From Trichoplax adhaerens (taxonomy: Eukaryota > Animalia > Placozoa), in assembly GCF_000150275.1 (NCBI RefSeq), contig NW_002060962.1, positions 434,001-498,000 on the forward strand: a stretch of DNA of 64,000 bases, read 5' to 3'. The translations under genes and the position numbers were made by a program. This document shows, piece after piece, positions 50,713-64,000 of this stretch (the stretch's first letter is position 1; the number at the start of each line of letters is the position of its first letter). Below the pieces are notes generated by a model, which searched no databases, was not told the DNA's origin, and saw only the letters and a list, made by a program, of their open reading frames with translations.

Positions 50713-53700
50713 TTATGATTTATTAGCTTTCTTATTTATTTCATGTGGTAAGACAACTCCCTCTAGGGCTTCGCTGTTTAAATTCAAATTGGCTAGCGGA
50801 ACCTTCCAGTAATTAAAGTCATTATATTCCGCTCTGCTAATTTCAGCAGTACGTACATTCGAGTATAAAATGGGCGGAAACATATGATCAACAAGTTCGC
50901 CAAGCTTCATATATCTTTAAGAAAAATTAAGTTAGTCGATAAGAATACAATATTATTTTACGGTAACTGAAATATAACAATATGACAACACCAACTTACG
51001 ATGACTGAAAAGTGTTGATAAGATCGTTTCTGATTTCTCCCTATTTTAGTTTAATCAGTCGTATAATGAAGATTAATTATTCTCTTAATTACGACATACA
51101 TGTACATTATAGAATTATAAGATTAATAACAGTCAACTTTTTATCTTATTTTTTAAGAAAAGTTTTTCTAACCTTTGTATTTATGGTAAAAATTCTGCCA
51201 ACTGGTATCCCAACAGCACGATAAGAAAATGCGTCCTAGTAAGATAAAAGTTAATGGATACTTCTATAAGCATTTATTAGAGAAAGCTGTAGATGTTCCC
51301 GTAAAAATGAATTACGTTCAATCTATTTCCGAATCCAGAATAGTAGGGATTTTCTGGGAAAAGCTTCTGTAAATCACGTAAGCAGCCTATCTTAAATTTT
51401 TCCGGTTTCTTTTCAATTACTTCTCTAAAATACAATAATTTAAGCAGTCAGTCATTCAGAATAGCGTAGTGAAAATAGAAAATGTAAAAATTCGATCAAA
51501 ATATTTTCTTAATTGTCATGCTATTGTCTACAATACCTATGGAATGATTTTATCAAAGATGAAGGTGATAGCATTAATGGTCCATCCGGTAGGTTTATAT
51601 TACCCTGAGTCACGCTTTTAAGGAAATTCTTAGTGATGGATGACTAAACGATTTATAATACACAACGGCCATCAACAGTTAGTCACAGTGAGTCAGGTGC
51701 AACGCTAACGGCATCATCCGATATTACTTACTTGGCCTATAGAACGTGCTGATAGGTATATAAATTGATAACCATTCTTTTTAACTTTCGAAAAGAATTC
51801 CGCCTTGAGAGATACAGAGTTTACCATAAGATAATTGTCTATAGTAATTCGTGGAAAATTTTTCAATAAGTAAGCTGTAATTTCTAGTAAACTTACTACT
51901 CCGTTCTGTGTCCAATCTCTACCAAAAACAGGCAAGATTTGGCCCATCACATCGGATCTAATGAAAGACGTTATACAGGCAAGTCAATCTATAGCTGAGA
52001 ATGGCTAATGCACAGCAATTAAGAGAGAATTCGAAATATACACGTACTTAGTAATTGTTCCGTCGATATCAGATATTACAATCTTGTCTTTGTAATTCCA
52101 CAGATAGATGGATGCGGAAACCGATGCTGTACCCTAAACATTAAGTATTCTGTTATTCTTTTCAAGTTGAAAAGTTGGCAAGGTACACCCATTGCGGGAT
52201 TGTATTTGTAGATAATTTATAATTAGCTGCAATATACATGTACTTCCGAAATAAAGGTGAGACCTCGTGTAAAAACTATTACTTCGTTGCTTTCTACATG
52301 GAATGATACAGTATGATAACTTACTTGATACTTTGATGATACCGAATAAGTTATTGTATTGTCGCCTTTCTTTAAATTCAATTTTTTCTAAAATCCAAAT
52401 CCATACATATTAAGAATTAGAATCTGTGCCTTTGAGGTATATTTTTGATTACATAAAAAGTTCGATAAATGGGTACAGAGATTACTTTACCAATTGATCA
52501 GACGAAAGGCGCAAAGCTTTCTTGTAATTTTCGCTACAAAATGATTCTACTTCGTCGCCACCGTGACTTTTTTTACCATTATTGTTTGCTTCGATATTTT
52601 CTTTGCTACCGGTAGATTCATCGTCCGTTCCTTCGTCACTCGCTGAAATCTCGCCATTCGATACTCTATGCTATATTTATTAAGCAACATTTGTGATTTT
52701 TATGCCGCCCATATCACTATTGTCGTAACCGGAATAAATTACCTTCCTGGGAACTTTGTTATCGATTTGTGCTTTCTTCGTAGGTGACGGGCTTCTCCAA
52801 GAGAACCATGAACCAATAGAAGACTTCTGAGTCTGAATTTATGGTAAAGTATTAAATTGGTAATTATGCCAAGTACAAGGGATTAATGGTTATAGTAGAA
52901 TATTACTATTGAATATGACCTGATTATTTCGCATATGCTGTCCAATTAGTTTGTCAACAGTATCCTAAAAGAGCATTTTTGGAGTACAGATCGACTTTGA
53001 GTATCATTATGGGGAATATAAAAATGATTATCTCGATCATTTTTCACCTGAGGTAATGGTTGTTGATACAACATCATTGACATTACCATTGGTATAGCAA
53101 CTTGCCACGTGTAATAGCTATATAAAAAATAGGTAAGTTTGATTAATGAGACGTGAAATTGTAGGTAAATATTATTGTTTAAAAGACAGTACTAACTTAT
53201 CGGCAATTCTAACAACTGTTTCATCGTCAAAGAGACGATTAGGGTTAGCACAAAATTCTTCATATGAGATAACGGAGGCGTTGAATTTTTCTGTGAGCAC
53301 AAAAGATATTATTGGGTTTTTAGCATACTCGGGTTAATTGACTGCGACTTCTTTTCAGTATTAACGAACATCTACCTTGAGAATTAGGGTCATTAATGGC
53401 AGAATTGTAGCCACAACTGGAGATAGCAATATCGGCATAATCTTTGCTAAATTCAATAAAAGTTCAGTAAGAAGGGCTAGTTTTCACTGGATATCAGCAA
53501 GCATATTAAACAATGAAACAATCATTTACCTCGTGTTTTCGCTTTCAAGACTAGGTGTAATCATTGGAAGGCTCTCGGAAAGGTGAGTAACCTTATTATT
53601 CGACGTGCTGCCTGTCGCGGCAACCGTAGGTAAAGATAGCTCACGATGCATTTCACGCTGTAGTATAGATGTTTCTTCATTACTATCATAGGAATTACTT

Positions 53701-56700
53701 TTTTTTGACCTAGACAAGGTAGAAAACGTACCGTTAGAATTAAAAGTGAAAATTATCAGCGGACACTACATTATAAGTACAGACATAAAAACAAACCGAT
53801 TTGATCTGAGGTATTTTGCTGTAACTTCTGGGTCTACATCCGGTTTACTCAGCTCTGACAAATATATACCTCCATCATTTTCCTAATGATTATTATCATA
53901 ACAGTGACATAGAGAACTTATTAACTACAATTAATTCTTAAGAACAGGGTTTCCGCGAACTATATAAATGATGTTACAACTGACAGTCATACAACTTTAC
54001 CTCTGTTGGCGCTTCTCCTTTTTGTGAGTCTTTCCGACTGATAAATTTTATCATACTGCGTATTAAAGATCCATTATTTTCTGTGGATTTGGTAATTAGG
54101 TCAAACATGACGCTACAGTTAATGGCATAAAATTTGTTTCTAGACGTAAACCCTTCATTATTATTCAAGTACCCGTATATTCTTTGGTTTTTTCTTTGTC
54201 AGCTTTGTCCCAATTCCAGTTTTCTTCAAAATCATCGTATGTTGTATCTGATTGATGTAACTCAACTTCTGTATCGCTGTGTGGAGAAGTATGAGAATCG
54301 AGAGGAATAGCATCTACAGGACTTGAATATAAAGATATTTCTTAGTGAACTTAAGTGCAATTTTTTCTTGTTACTTTTATTCAAAAGTAATTTTATACCT
54401 TGATCTGGTAGGGCTGATATCACCATCCGAAAATAAGTAACGTTCACCATCGTGATCACGTAGTCCTTCCCACTGATAATTAATGTTAAAGTACTAGAAT
54501 GTTAGACTGTATCAACTAGATATACTAACATGACTGAGTAACAATCGACTGAGTGATCGTCGTGAAAATTTTACTTACTTCTGACTTCCTAGAGGGAATA
54601 CTAATCGCTTCTGATATGCTAGAATAAGCAGTAATTTCTGAATCTGAGAGTGCATTTTCGTTCAGTTTATTGTGATCACCATCCACTGGTATAACTGTAT
54701 CACCTTTGTTTTCAATATCGACTAAGGTCCATAAAGAACAAAGTGACGAAAATATTTAGTAATGTTCATTCCGCATAAATTTTTATCGTCCTATTCTATT
54801 TGTTTTATTGAGTTACCCTTGACGTCATTGCTTGGCGAAATTGACTATGGAAGATACAATAATATGTTATACTTTCACTATTTATGCTAAATATTGAATA
54901 TGAGATTATTTATTTGCTAGGAGTAACCTGTTCAGAATGAGGATTACGGTGGCTTGGTTCAATAGAGTCATCAGCGAAAGTAGTAATAGGTGAGGTGGAT
55001 AAGAAAGAAGGCACCTAGTATAGTTAAAAAGCTTACGTTTACTACAAAATGAATAAAGTATACTTTTATGGTGTATTTATTTCGAAGTGATTTTTTGTTG
55101 AGGTCATACTGGAGCGTCAGTTTCTTCGACGAAAAAGGCTTCACCAGCATCTCCTAGTTTCATGAATATATCCGGAACGGATTGATTATTAATTTCAATG
55201 TCCACCTAATGGGTGATAAAGGATAAATAAATATTATTGCATTTGATATAAAAATGTGAATCAATTTGTTAGTTTACTATAGATATGTGATGTACATTTC
55301 TCTTTGTAACGCAGGTGACTTGCATAACTTTATGGGATATCGCTTAATAATGATAGTTGTCTAATAGCATAATACAGTAATCTAAGAAGTTACAAATTTA
55401 GCTTGGTGTCTATTACAGCAGTGTGATCTTCTAAGTTATATACTTCAATACTGATGTGAAAGCTTGTGCAAGGTAGTGTTAAAATTATTGCTATATAGTA
55501 GTTTAAATAAGGCAATTTGTATCTACGAGTACGACAACATTATCAACTGATTAGAACGTTCTTACGATGAAGTTTTAACCAAGTATAACATTAGTCAAGG
55601 GTCAAATTGTCCTCATTTCCAAACGGTAGAAGCTACTGCATGTAGATCGTTTGTATTATGTCTAAGCTGATCCTGAGACATTAAAAGGCAGACTATTGTA
55701 CCCAACAAGTCCAACGAATAATTTAAAACTTTAGAATGATGTTTTTGTCATTTATTTACAATCTGGTAAATGGATTTTTAGTACTAGTACTTTGCTTGGA
55801 TGGAATTATTTGGAATTGGATAATCCATTACAGTTGTATATTACAGCGTAGACCGCGATTCATTGAGATGTTTTCTTGTACTGCAAAAAGACGTATACAA
55901 GTATTCCAAACATGTAGTGCAAGTGCAGGAAAGTAGAAAAAAGCATGAATATTACATGGTTATGAAGACGTAGCATCGAGTCTATTCTATAGTAGTTTCA
56001 AGACTTAAAATGAGCTATTTGATACAGAATTTCTTATTTATTTATTATTTTAATTTTGTATGAACGGTATTATAGTATATTGTGGGTAGAGTTGTCTAAG
56101 CATTCGGTGCAGTAGTATTTATTTACTATCGTATTATATTTATTCATAAAGTCGTATACAGAGTATCCCAAGATGGTAAAGAAATATTGTTGGTAAAACT
56201 GCTGGGTTTTATTGAAAAATTGGATATTTTTTATGAATGTAGAACTGGACAGCATACTACATGATCCAACCTTTCAACAGTGTGAAGTTAAAGTTCTCAT
56301 ATTTGATGGAGAAGCTAGGGTTAGGTTACAAGTTAGGTCGAATCAATTGTGTCTCTACGAATATTGTTATGACTAAACTTGCTCACTCTAGTACTCAGTT
56401 TTATTTTCAATCAACTTGTCAAAAAGGATGACTACAGTCAAGGAAAACTAAAAGTACAACTAGCCATTTCTGTAACATGGACAGCTGCGGTAGTCCTCAG
56501 CAAATAAAGTAGTATAAGCGTATTAGCTAGGGTTAACCTCCATCCAAGAACAGTATGTTGAGTTCACCCCTACCTAATACGATACTATGCATGGACGTAG
56601 TAGGATCAATATCGCACGTATGGTATTGTTTCTGATGTCTCATTTTGTTAAAACAGCAGTAATGGTCGCATTCATAGGTCATGATGAGATTAGAACAATT

Positions 56701-57099
56701 GAGGAGTTGGAATATAACAAGTTGGAGTACTAGAGTGGCATAATTTGTCATCATAACATGTGGCCAAGTGTATCCTTTGTAGCATGGTAGTGAGGGAAAA
56801 CAAGCGTCAGGAAGTCTGCTCATTGATTGCTACTTTGTAGCAACGTTGCATTTCTATTGAGGGTAAATTTGATACTCTACTACTAGGTTAGAAGAGAAAA
56901 ATGAGTTTGTATATTTTACCACTTTCTGACGACTTCGTAAAACGCCAAGCTTGCCAAAACGGACATGAAATGGAGAGCATGAATAGCTACCATCAGGTTG
57001 TTCAATGACAATAACGTCGATAGCTCCTGTTAATGTAGCAGGATTGATACCATTGTAGAATTCTTTGGTTAATGACACCAATTTGCCTATGTAATCCAT
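50713..57099 (-). CDS. LPIN: Lipin (phosphatidate phosphatase, N-LIP + LNS2/HAD domain), multi-exon
   Basis: N-LIP: [50 protein letters not shown], catalytic DIDGT at 52056-52070, [23 protein letters not shown], and C-terminal ELVDHMFPP...[10 protein letters not shown]. Confidence 0.95.
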
Positions 57100-57599
57100 T
57101 TCGATGAGGAAAACAATTCTAGAGCATGGTGTTTACTTCTCCAACTTGTACAAGATAGTATAACGGCTTGAAACAGATGGCCAATACACTACTTGGTGGC
57201 AATTTTTTCCCAATTTCGAGCCAAATGGTTGTTTAATGCAAATATACAAATAAAGCTCCTCCTGTACTCCTACTAATGACCACAATCATAACAATGACTA
57301 AAATCAATAACAGACAGCTCCAATGACGTGAGCATGGAATGAAATGCTAGCCACAATCAATGATGGTATTTTTCAACTCAGTTTTAATTTTGCTTTATTT
57401 AAACACCAGCAGTTGATATCACGGCTAAGTAGAATAGTGTAATACTGTAACTTGAATTGAATAATTCAAGAAAGAACAAAAAATAAACTGCACTACCTGA
57501 CTAAAAGATCATTGAAAATGGGGAATATTGTCGTCAGTTCTGAGCGTACTTTCTTCTCGTGGCTTTGTATCCCAAGTAGCTGCAAACTGTGCAACGTAT

Positions 57600-57975
57600 C
57601 ATCACCTACAGACTACAGTACAGTACTGTAGGGTAGAAGATGTTGACGTGTCGTCTGCCGCCAGTCATTTGAACCTATCGATCAATCAGTTCATACTAAC
57701 ATTGATGACATCACTCGAGTATCGAGCATGAACGTCATAATCATCATACACTGTACTGTAGACTGTAGACTGTAGCGTACAGTACAGTGCAGTCGTCCTT
57801 TCCATCGATCACATGATTCAATTCAGTCTAGCGCACGTGACATGGTGTACCGGTACAGTACGGCTTACTGACTGACGGTACTGGACCGCCTGTCGTGTTA
57901 TATAAGCTGTACGGTACAGTACCGTACTGCACTGTAATACTGTACACTATACAGTACTGTACGGTATACTGCGTC
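57600..57975. promoter_or_regulatory. Putative lipin promoter region: CpG-rich, TACAGTA/TACTGTA clusters, two E-boxes
   Basis: Lies upstream of the lipin start and of a candidate 5'UTR donor near 57496. TCACATGA at 57809-57816 and CACGTG at 57834-57839. Confidence 0.55.
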
Positions 57976-58033
57976 ACTAGTTTGCTTACGGAATGGAACG
58001 GAAAGAGATTGCTTAATCTCTCACACTTAGCAG

Positions 58034-58682
58034 TACAACCGTGCGGACAGACAGAAATTCAGCTTTATTGACAGGCTGTACGGAGTACAGTACAGTAGTA
58101 ACAGTACTGTACAGTAAAGACCCATATTTTACAGACTTACAACTATGCGGACAGACAGAAATTCAGCTTCACTTACAGGCGGTACTGAGTACAGTACAGT
58201 AGAGACCCTCCTTATTTTGCAGACTTACAACCGTGCGGACAGACAGAAATTTAGCTTTATTTACAGGCTGTACTGAGTACAGTACAGTAGAGACCCTTAT
58301 TTGACAGACTTACAACCGTGCGGACAGACAGAAATTCAGCTTTACTTACAGGCTGTACTGTGTGCAGTAGAGACCCTTATTTTACAGACTTACAACTGTG
58401 CGGACAGACAGAAATTCAGCTTTACTTACAGGCGGTACTGAGTACAGTAGAGACCCTCCTTATTTTGCAGACTTACAACTGTGCGGACAGACAGAAATTC
58501 AGCTTTATTTACAGGCTGTAGTCGCTGTACTGAGTACAGTACAGACTGTACTAGTAGAGACCCTTATTTGACAGACTTACAACCGTGCGGACAGACAGAA
58601 ATTCAGCTTTACTTACAGGCTGTACTGAGTACAGTACAGTAGAGACCCTTATTTTACAGACTCTCTAAAAAGGGTCTCTAGT
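58034..58682. repeat. Minisatellite, 7 copies of an 80-104 bp unit, with a 3-unit higher-order repeat and a terminal hairpin
   Basis: gcggacagacagaaatt(c/t)agctt at 58043, 58147, 58235, 58320, 58400, 58483 and 58587. Confidence 0.95.
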
Positions 58683-61600
58683 GAACAGTAAAGAAGCGTG
58701 AGAGATATGGAGATGAGGGAGTACCTTGAGGATAAAGTTTCTACACTATTTTACAGCACACTAGCTTTCATGGATTTCCATCATGATGCTATAGTACCAT
58801 ACATAGAATCTCTTCATTACTGTACAGTACATAAGAAGTTTTCTACTGTTTCCAACTTTTCCCTGTTGGACTGTGTAATAAAATCATAAACAAACTAAAT
58901 TCAATTCCATTTTTTTGGGGGGGGGGGGGTTATGCTGTACTGTACACTGTACAGTACAGTACAGTAAGTAATAAACATTGAAAAATCTCTTGGAATTTCA
59001 ATTTTTATATTCTGTATGACTCTGCTCTATACTTGGGCTTTTACATGACGTTATTGTAGAGGTCAGGATTACTTGATGTGCTTGATCTATCCTTCATTAG
59101 CCCATGCTAGATTGACATTTTTATATAGCACCTCAAGCGATATCCTACAGTAGTACTGCCGTTGAATTTCATCATTCAGTAGCAGACGAGTGTGCTCCTA
59201 ATTACGAACTGCACAGTTTACCACTCGTGAGAATAATGCATAGGACGCTTTAGAGGCATCTTCCATCGTCATCCTCAGAAGCATTAAAGTCAAGCTGAAA
59301 TGTCAATAGCACAAAACGCTTACAAGTTGGAAAAAATAAAAAAGTCTCAGGGTGGATATTGGATACAAGTTCAGGTCATTGTTTAGCTTCTAATTCACTA
59401 TCATAATTAAAGGCAAACTTTATTTGGACTGCATCATACCACATAGTGAGACTGTATGACTCCACCGGTGGATGACATCATTGATATGGTCATTGATGGC
59501 AACATTGAAAGGCAGACGGTTCGCTGTGTAATTCACCTCACACGCTTCAGCCTCATTATTAGAATTTAGAATAATATACTGTGGTATTTGCATAAATCAA
59601 TATTGATGTTCATACTGTATACTGTAGAACAAGCACTGTACACACTACTGTATACTGTAGGCTATCGTGACCAGTGCAATCGACTTGCGCCGCTCGTCAC
59701 AACTGATTGGATTGAAGCTATTGAACGCTTCAGTGGCAGTCGGTGACTCGGCGTGAGTCATTCACTTCAGTTAATGGCGCAGTGGTAGAGAGAAATCAAT
59801 TTCTTGGGGTTATTCGCCATTGAAACTTGAGCAGTTAAAGTGGTTCTTCTTTTTCACTTGCAGATAGTTTTTAGCCAGCATCCCTTTAAACTGGAGAAAT
59901 AGCCTATCCACGCATCCTATCAATCCTTTCTCAATCAGGTAGGGTTCCATTGACATTTTTCAGTGACAATCACCAGTCACCATCGATTTTAGCCTGAGAT
60001 AGGTGTACATACATTGTCAATTTTCCTTCTTGAATTTGGACTTTTGAATCGATCTAGTAACCTTTGACTTATGTTTAGCAATTAGGATTGATTGATCCTC
60101 GTTATTATCCTAGTCTTTAGAATACAATTATTCAATGGTCGTTTAGACGACTAATGAGAATATACTGTACTCAGATCAACATTACAAGTCTACCGTAGTT
60201 TCACTTGAAGGGACAACTTAAAATTGTCGGTGTTTGAAAACAGCCGTGGTCAACTTGACCTTATTCAAAAGTTACTTTATCCTCACTCATGTAATGTCTT
60301 TGATGGATGTCGTACAGGATAAAAGTACCTGTGCAAGTGTGCATTATAGCTGCATCTGAGAGGTTTTTACTCCACGGTCAATAATCGACAAGGTGCACTT
60401 TTGCATCATCTGTGCTACTTTTCTTCCTCATTACACCCGCTACGTAGCCTGTAAAACAGACGAGTACAGTAGTGTCGATGACACATCTTATTGAGAATGA
60501 TCGAATGATTCAAATACCTATTCGCCGCAAGCTATTTTCGATAATGGTAGTTCCTAGATGCAAGGATACAGTGCATTCGCTCCAGCCTTCAATTTCTTAC
60601 AGGCCTTGCTATGACTGTAATGAGCACTGTATATTGCCATAACTTCGCCACCTATGAAAATATCTCAAAGTCTGAAAAAGAACCTTTGCATAAATTTGAG
60701 TACACTGTTCACTAACCAAAAAAAGAATAATAATAATTCGACCGATTTGGGAACATTCTATCGGTAGCGGACTGTGGTGTGATGTTAGCAAAGAAACGCC
60801 GAAATATTGCTTATATTTTTACAACCCCCTACCGACTGTTATAAACGTCGTTTACTTGCCTTCCCTCTATGACTATACCGCATTCGCTGCAGTTGGTGGA
60901 TCAAGTGAACTGAGTGTAATAATAAACTACAACGACGTATGTTAACAGCATTTTACTGCAGGATTTGAATGTTGTAATTCTTCATTACTCGAATAAATGA
61001 CTCCAACAAATTAATTATTCCACATTTGACACCTATATACTGTATTAATGCACGATTTACTGCAGATAGACTTTCGAATGAAGTATTGTTACTGTACTAC
61101 GGAAGGGTGTCCCAAATCATAATGATGTCAAGGTACTGCATGGAATAGTATTTCGATCGCGTTTCTGTTTTTTTATTTGCACCTATTATTTTTTCACAAC
61201 ATTCATTGAATAATAGCTTGAACTTTGAATTAATTATACTGTATTATCAACCAGCCTTGGTCGATGTTGTTCATATATTCGTACAATGGAAGCGATATCT
61301 TAAGTGGTTCGAGACGATTCTGTAACTCAGTAATCGTTAACGAACGGACGTTCCAATCTATACGTAGTACGCACTGTACATATAATGATATCAGAATACA
61401 GTAGAACTCAAATTTAATTTGCAAAACGTATACGCTACCACGTACATAATGGACAGTTTTTCACTCGAAATTAAAATGAAACCTGCTTCGCTACGAAACA
61501 CCAGTGTTATAAATTTTGTGTATGATGGTGATCATAGTAGTGCTATTAGCTAAGTTGGTACGATTGCAATTTTACGTTTTAAAAGCACTAAATCAGGTAA

Positions 61601-62573
61601 AATTATGGATCAATACGGCATCTAATTAATTATAATGAATAAAATTAACGAATTATTTTATGTAGATCGTTATATATATTTACGTTAACTTAGGCTTAAT
61701 ATTGTACTACAAGCATTCCTGGTTGACTGCAATATTTGTAGACAAAATGTACTTTATTGTGATACGGTAGAACGAATTGTTCATCCTTTTTGGACCGACG
61801 TCTGTCAATAATCTTTACTACACGTACAGTATATCAGTCAGTTTATTAATGGGGTGAAGGTTTCTTTAACATGGATGCTGTGCAAGAATAACACTTCCCT
61901 TTGTACAATGAAAGGAAGCTTGTTTATAGTTTTGAAAGCATAAGTAATAGAAATGCCACTCCTAAAATAGCTTTGCGTTTGTGTATCATGAAACGATGCC
62001 CTTTTGTGCTATTGTACCCGATTTTACAAATAATTACCTTGCTCTGTAGACAGTATACAGTTATTAGTATCGTAACAAAGTTCTTTGCAAATCGCAGTTA
62101 TGAATACTGTACTATTTTCCTGTAAACCTATTTTAAAATCTCAAAATCTTTTTCGACATCGTTAAGAAATCGTTATAGTTCAGCAATAATTTACATTTTT
62201 CACCTTCTACAAGATAGGGCTAGCCTGCTAGGTACTTTTCATTTGTAACCAACCTTTTTTTGCACTGATGTCTACTGTGAGTTATCGTTAGGGAGTTCAC
62301 TGCATTTTGTTTATTTTAACTTTTCCAAGTTGTTTCTAAATGGGAATGTACAGCGCGTTGTACATACTGTACTTATTGGCACTAATAGATTAGATCAGAC
62401 GGGCAAATTATTGAATCTAATTTTAAATAACCGTAGCCAATTTTAAAGTTGTCAGGTATGCTTATATTTTTGGGGGTTACTATTGTTTCTCCAATTATAG
62501 AGAACATAAGGACTACAATTTCAAACATTAATGGGCATTTGCTAGACCTATTAGAACGACAATACATCTAATC

Positions 62574-64000
62574 ATGATAAATAGTAGTGGAATACGCCAT
62601 GGTATGGGAGTTGAAGATAGTGACAACGAAGGAACAACCGAGTCCGAATCTCACAAATTTCATCTTGGAAAGAAAGTGTCTAAATTAACGGATTATATAT
62701 TCAAAGGGAAGAATAACGGAGATAGCCATAGCAACTCTTTAAATATTATTAATAAATCCGATCTCAGCCGGTCTACGACTGATCTGGTAAGCGCTATCAG
62801 AACTCTTTCTTTAAGCTCATTAATTATAGGATACTACCAAATGCTGTAACAACTTATATAGTTAACAATACACTGAACGAATTTATTAAATTAAACTATA
62901 CGCGTATCATCTTTAAACGTAGTACTGACTGACAAATTTGTTGTGTTATCCAATAAGCATCAATGATGTACTAGCAAATTATGCTTACAATTGATGCCAG
63001 GCAATATAGTAATTCACGTACATCATTGTTTTCATTGCATTACATTTAGAATGATGAAACATTGGGGGATGAAGAAGATCAACTGGATGGATTTCTTGAT
63101 AGTCAGGTAAAGCTACGACGGTGCGGCTCTTTATTGCCATGTTTAGTACTATCATTGATAGTTCTTAACGCTACTATCGATGCTTTGATTTTCTCCTAAT
63201 AGAAGCTTTCTCTTATTGTAATTTTCTGTGACTACTTAATGTTCATTGTGGATCGTGATAACGCATACTGTGATGTAACTTTTTTATATTTATAAAACGA
63301 AGTAATGAGGAGTCCAAGTCCAACTTTTTCATACTATGTCTTTGCAGCTTTGGATTTAGACAGCTACTATGTAATGTCACTACAGTATATACTAATGGAA
63401 ATTTTAACTTCTTGCTTAGCGTACTGCTATAGTAGAAGCTGAAGTAGAAAAGTTAAAGAAAAAAATTGAGTCAATTAAGGAAGACATCAATGAATTAACA
63501 CAATTTCAAAACGGTACGCGTAGCTTGTGCTGGATATTAATCTGATGAAGGATTGCATGCCATTTCATAGTTTAACCAATCATTTAATAAACTCTTAATT
63601 ATTTGTACTGATATATCGATATAATTGATTAACTCGAAGATCTGATTATTTGGCAACTAATTATTATATGCTTTTATTTGATATACAGAAGTTATTGCTG
63701 ATTACTTAAAGACCTATGATGATAACGATATTAGTCAAGATCAAGCAAAGTTAGTGAAATTATATGATGGTTCTTCATTGGTGGCTGTTATCAAGTGATA
63801 TATAATTACCGTATATAACTTGGTAGCAGTTACTAGTTGCTATTGTGCTAGTCAATTATCTGTTTAGTACATCGGATAATAAAACACCGCTAAGGGAGAG
63901 TCGGTAATCGAATAGCCATTTTCCTCATATAATTTTAGGAAAAAGAAAGTCTTTGACAAAGAGGTTCAAAAGCGTCAAAAAGAAATTGCTACTAAACAGC
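62574..64000 (+). CDS. TMCC/TEX28-family (transmembrane and coiled-coil domain) protein, 5' part, continuing beyond the window
   Basis: Spliced exons give RTAIVEAEVEKLKKKIESIKEDINELTQFQN|EVIADYLKTYDDNDISQDQA|KKKKVFDKEVQKRQKEIATKQ. This resembles my recollection of the TMCC coiled-coil start (KILKLTEQIK...NVAEYLKL...KQVFEKKNQK). The start codon is uncertain. Confidence 0.65.

Noticed and set aside
56533-56823. 96-aa ORF
   Set aside because: Lies in the first coding-region intron of lipin and has no recognisable features.
58034-58682. CRISPR-like repeat-spacer array
   Set aside because: The whole unit is repeated with no unique spacers, the context is eukaryotic and intron-rich, and there are no cas genes.
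58917-58929. G13 homopolymer as a functional G-quadruplex
   Set aside because: A single short run whose length is unreliable, with no supporting context.
60400-60540. Tc1-like transposase fragment (LRRIGYVAGVMRKK)
   Set aside because: It requires an assumed splice, is very short, and no DDE motifs or TIRs were found.

Overview
This is AT-rich eukaryotic DNA with short GT-AG introns from a compact animal genome. The gene content and intron sizes suggest an early-branching metazoan such as a placozoan (Trichoplax-like), but that is inference only. The first ~41.5 kb holds a tandem array of eight minus-strand carboxyl/cholinesterase-family (alpha/beta-hydrolase, COesterase) genes, called CCE1-CCE8 here, interrupted once by a plus-strand CHID1 gene. 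Seven of the eight share one phase-2 intron at the end of the catalytic domain. The short last exon gives each paralog a different C-terminal address: ER-lumen SDEL, TM + KxKxx ER retrieval, secreted Cys tail, or Thr/Pro stalk + TM + cytoplasmic tail. Two paralogs (CCE2, CCE7) have lost catalytic-triad residues, and CCE7 has a neuroligin-like architecture with a candidate PDZ ligand. The rest of the window holds UCHL5 head-to-head with RagC/D, lipin, a 7-copy minisatellite with higher-order structure and Helitron-like ends, and the 5' part of a TMCC/TEX28-family gene. There is also a small MITE, several short duplications, and recurrent TACAGTA/TACTGTA clusters at gene 5' ends.
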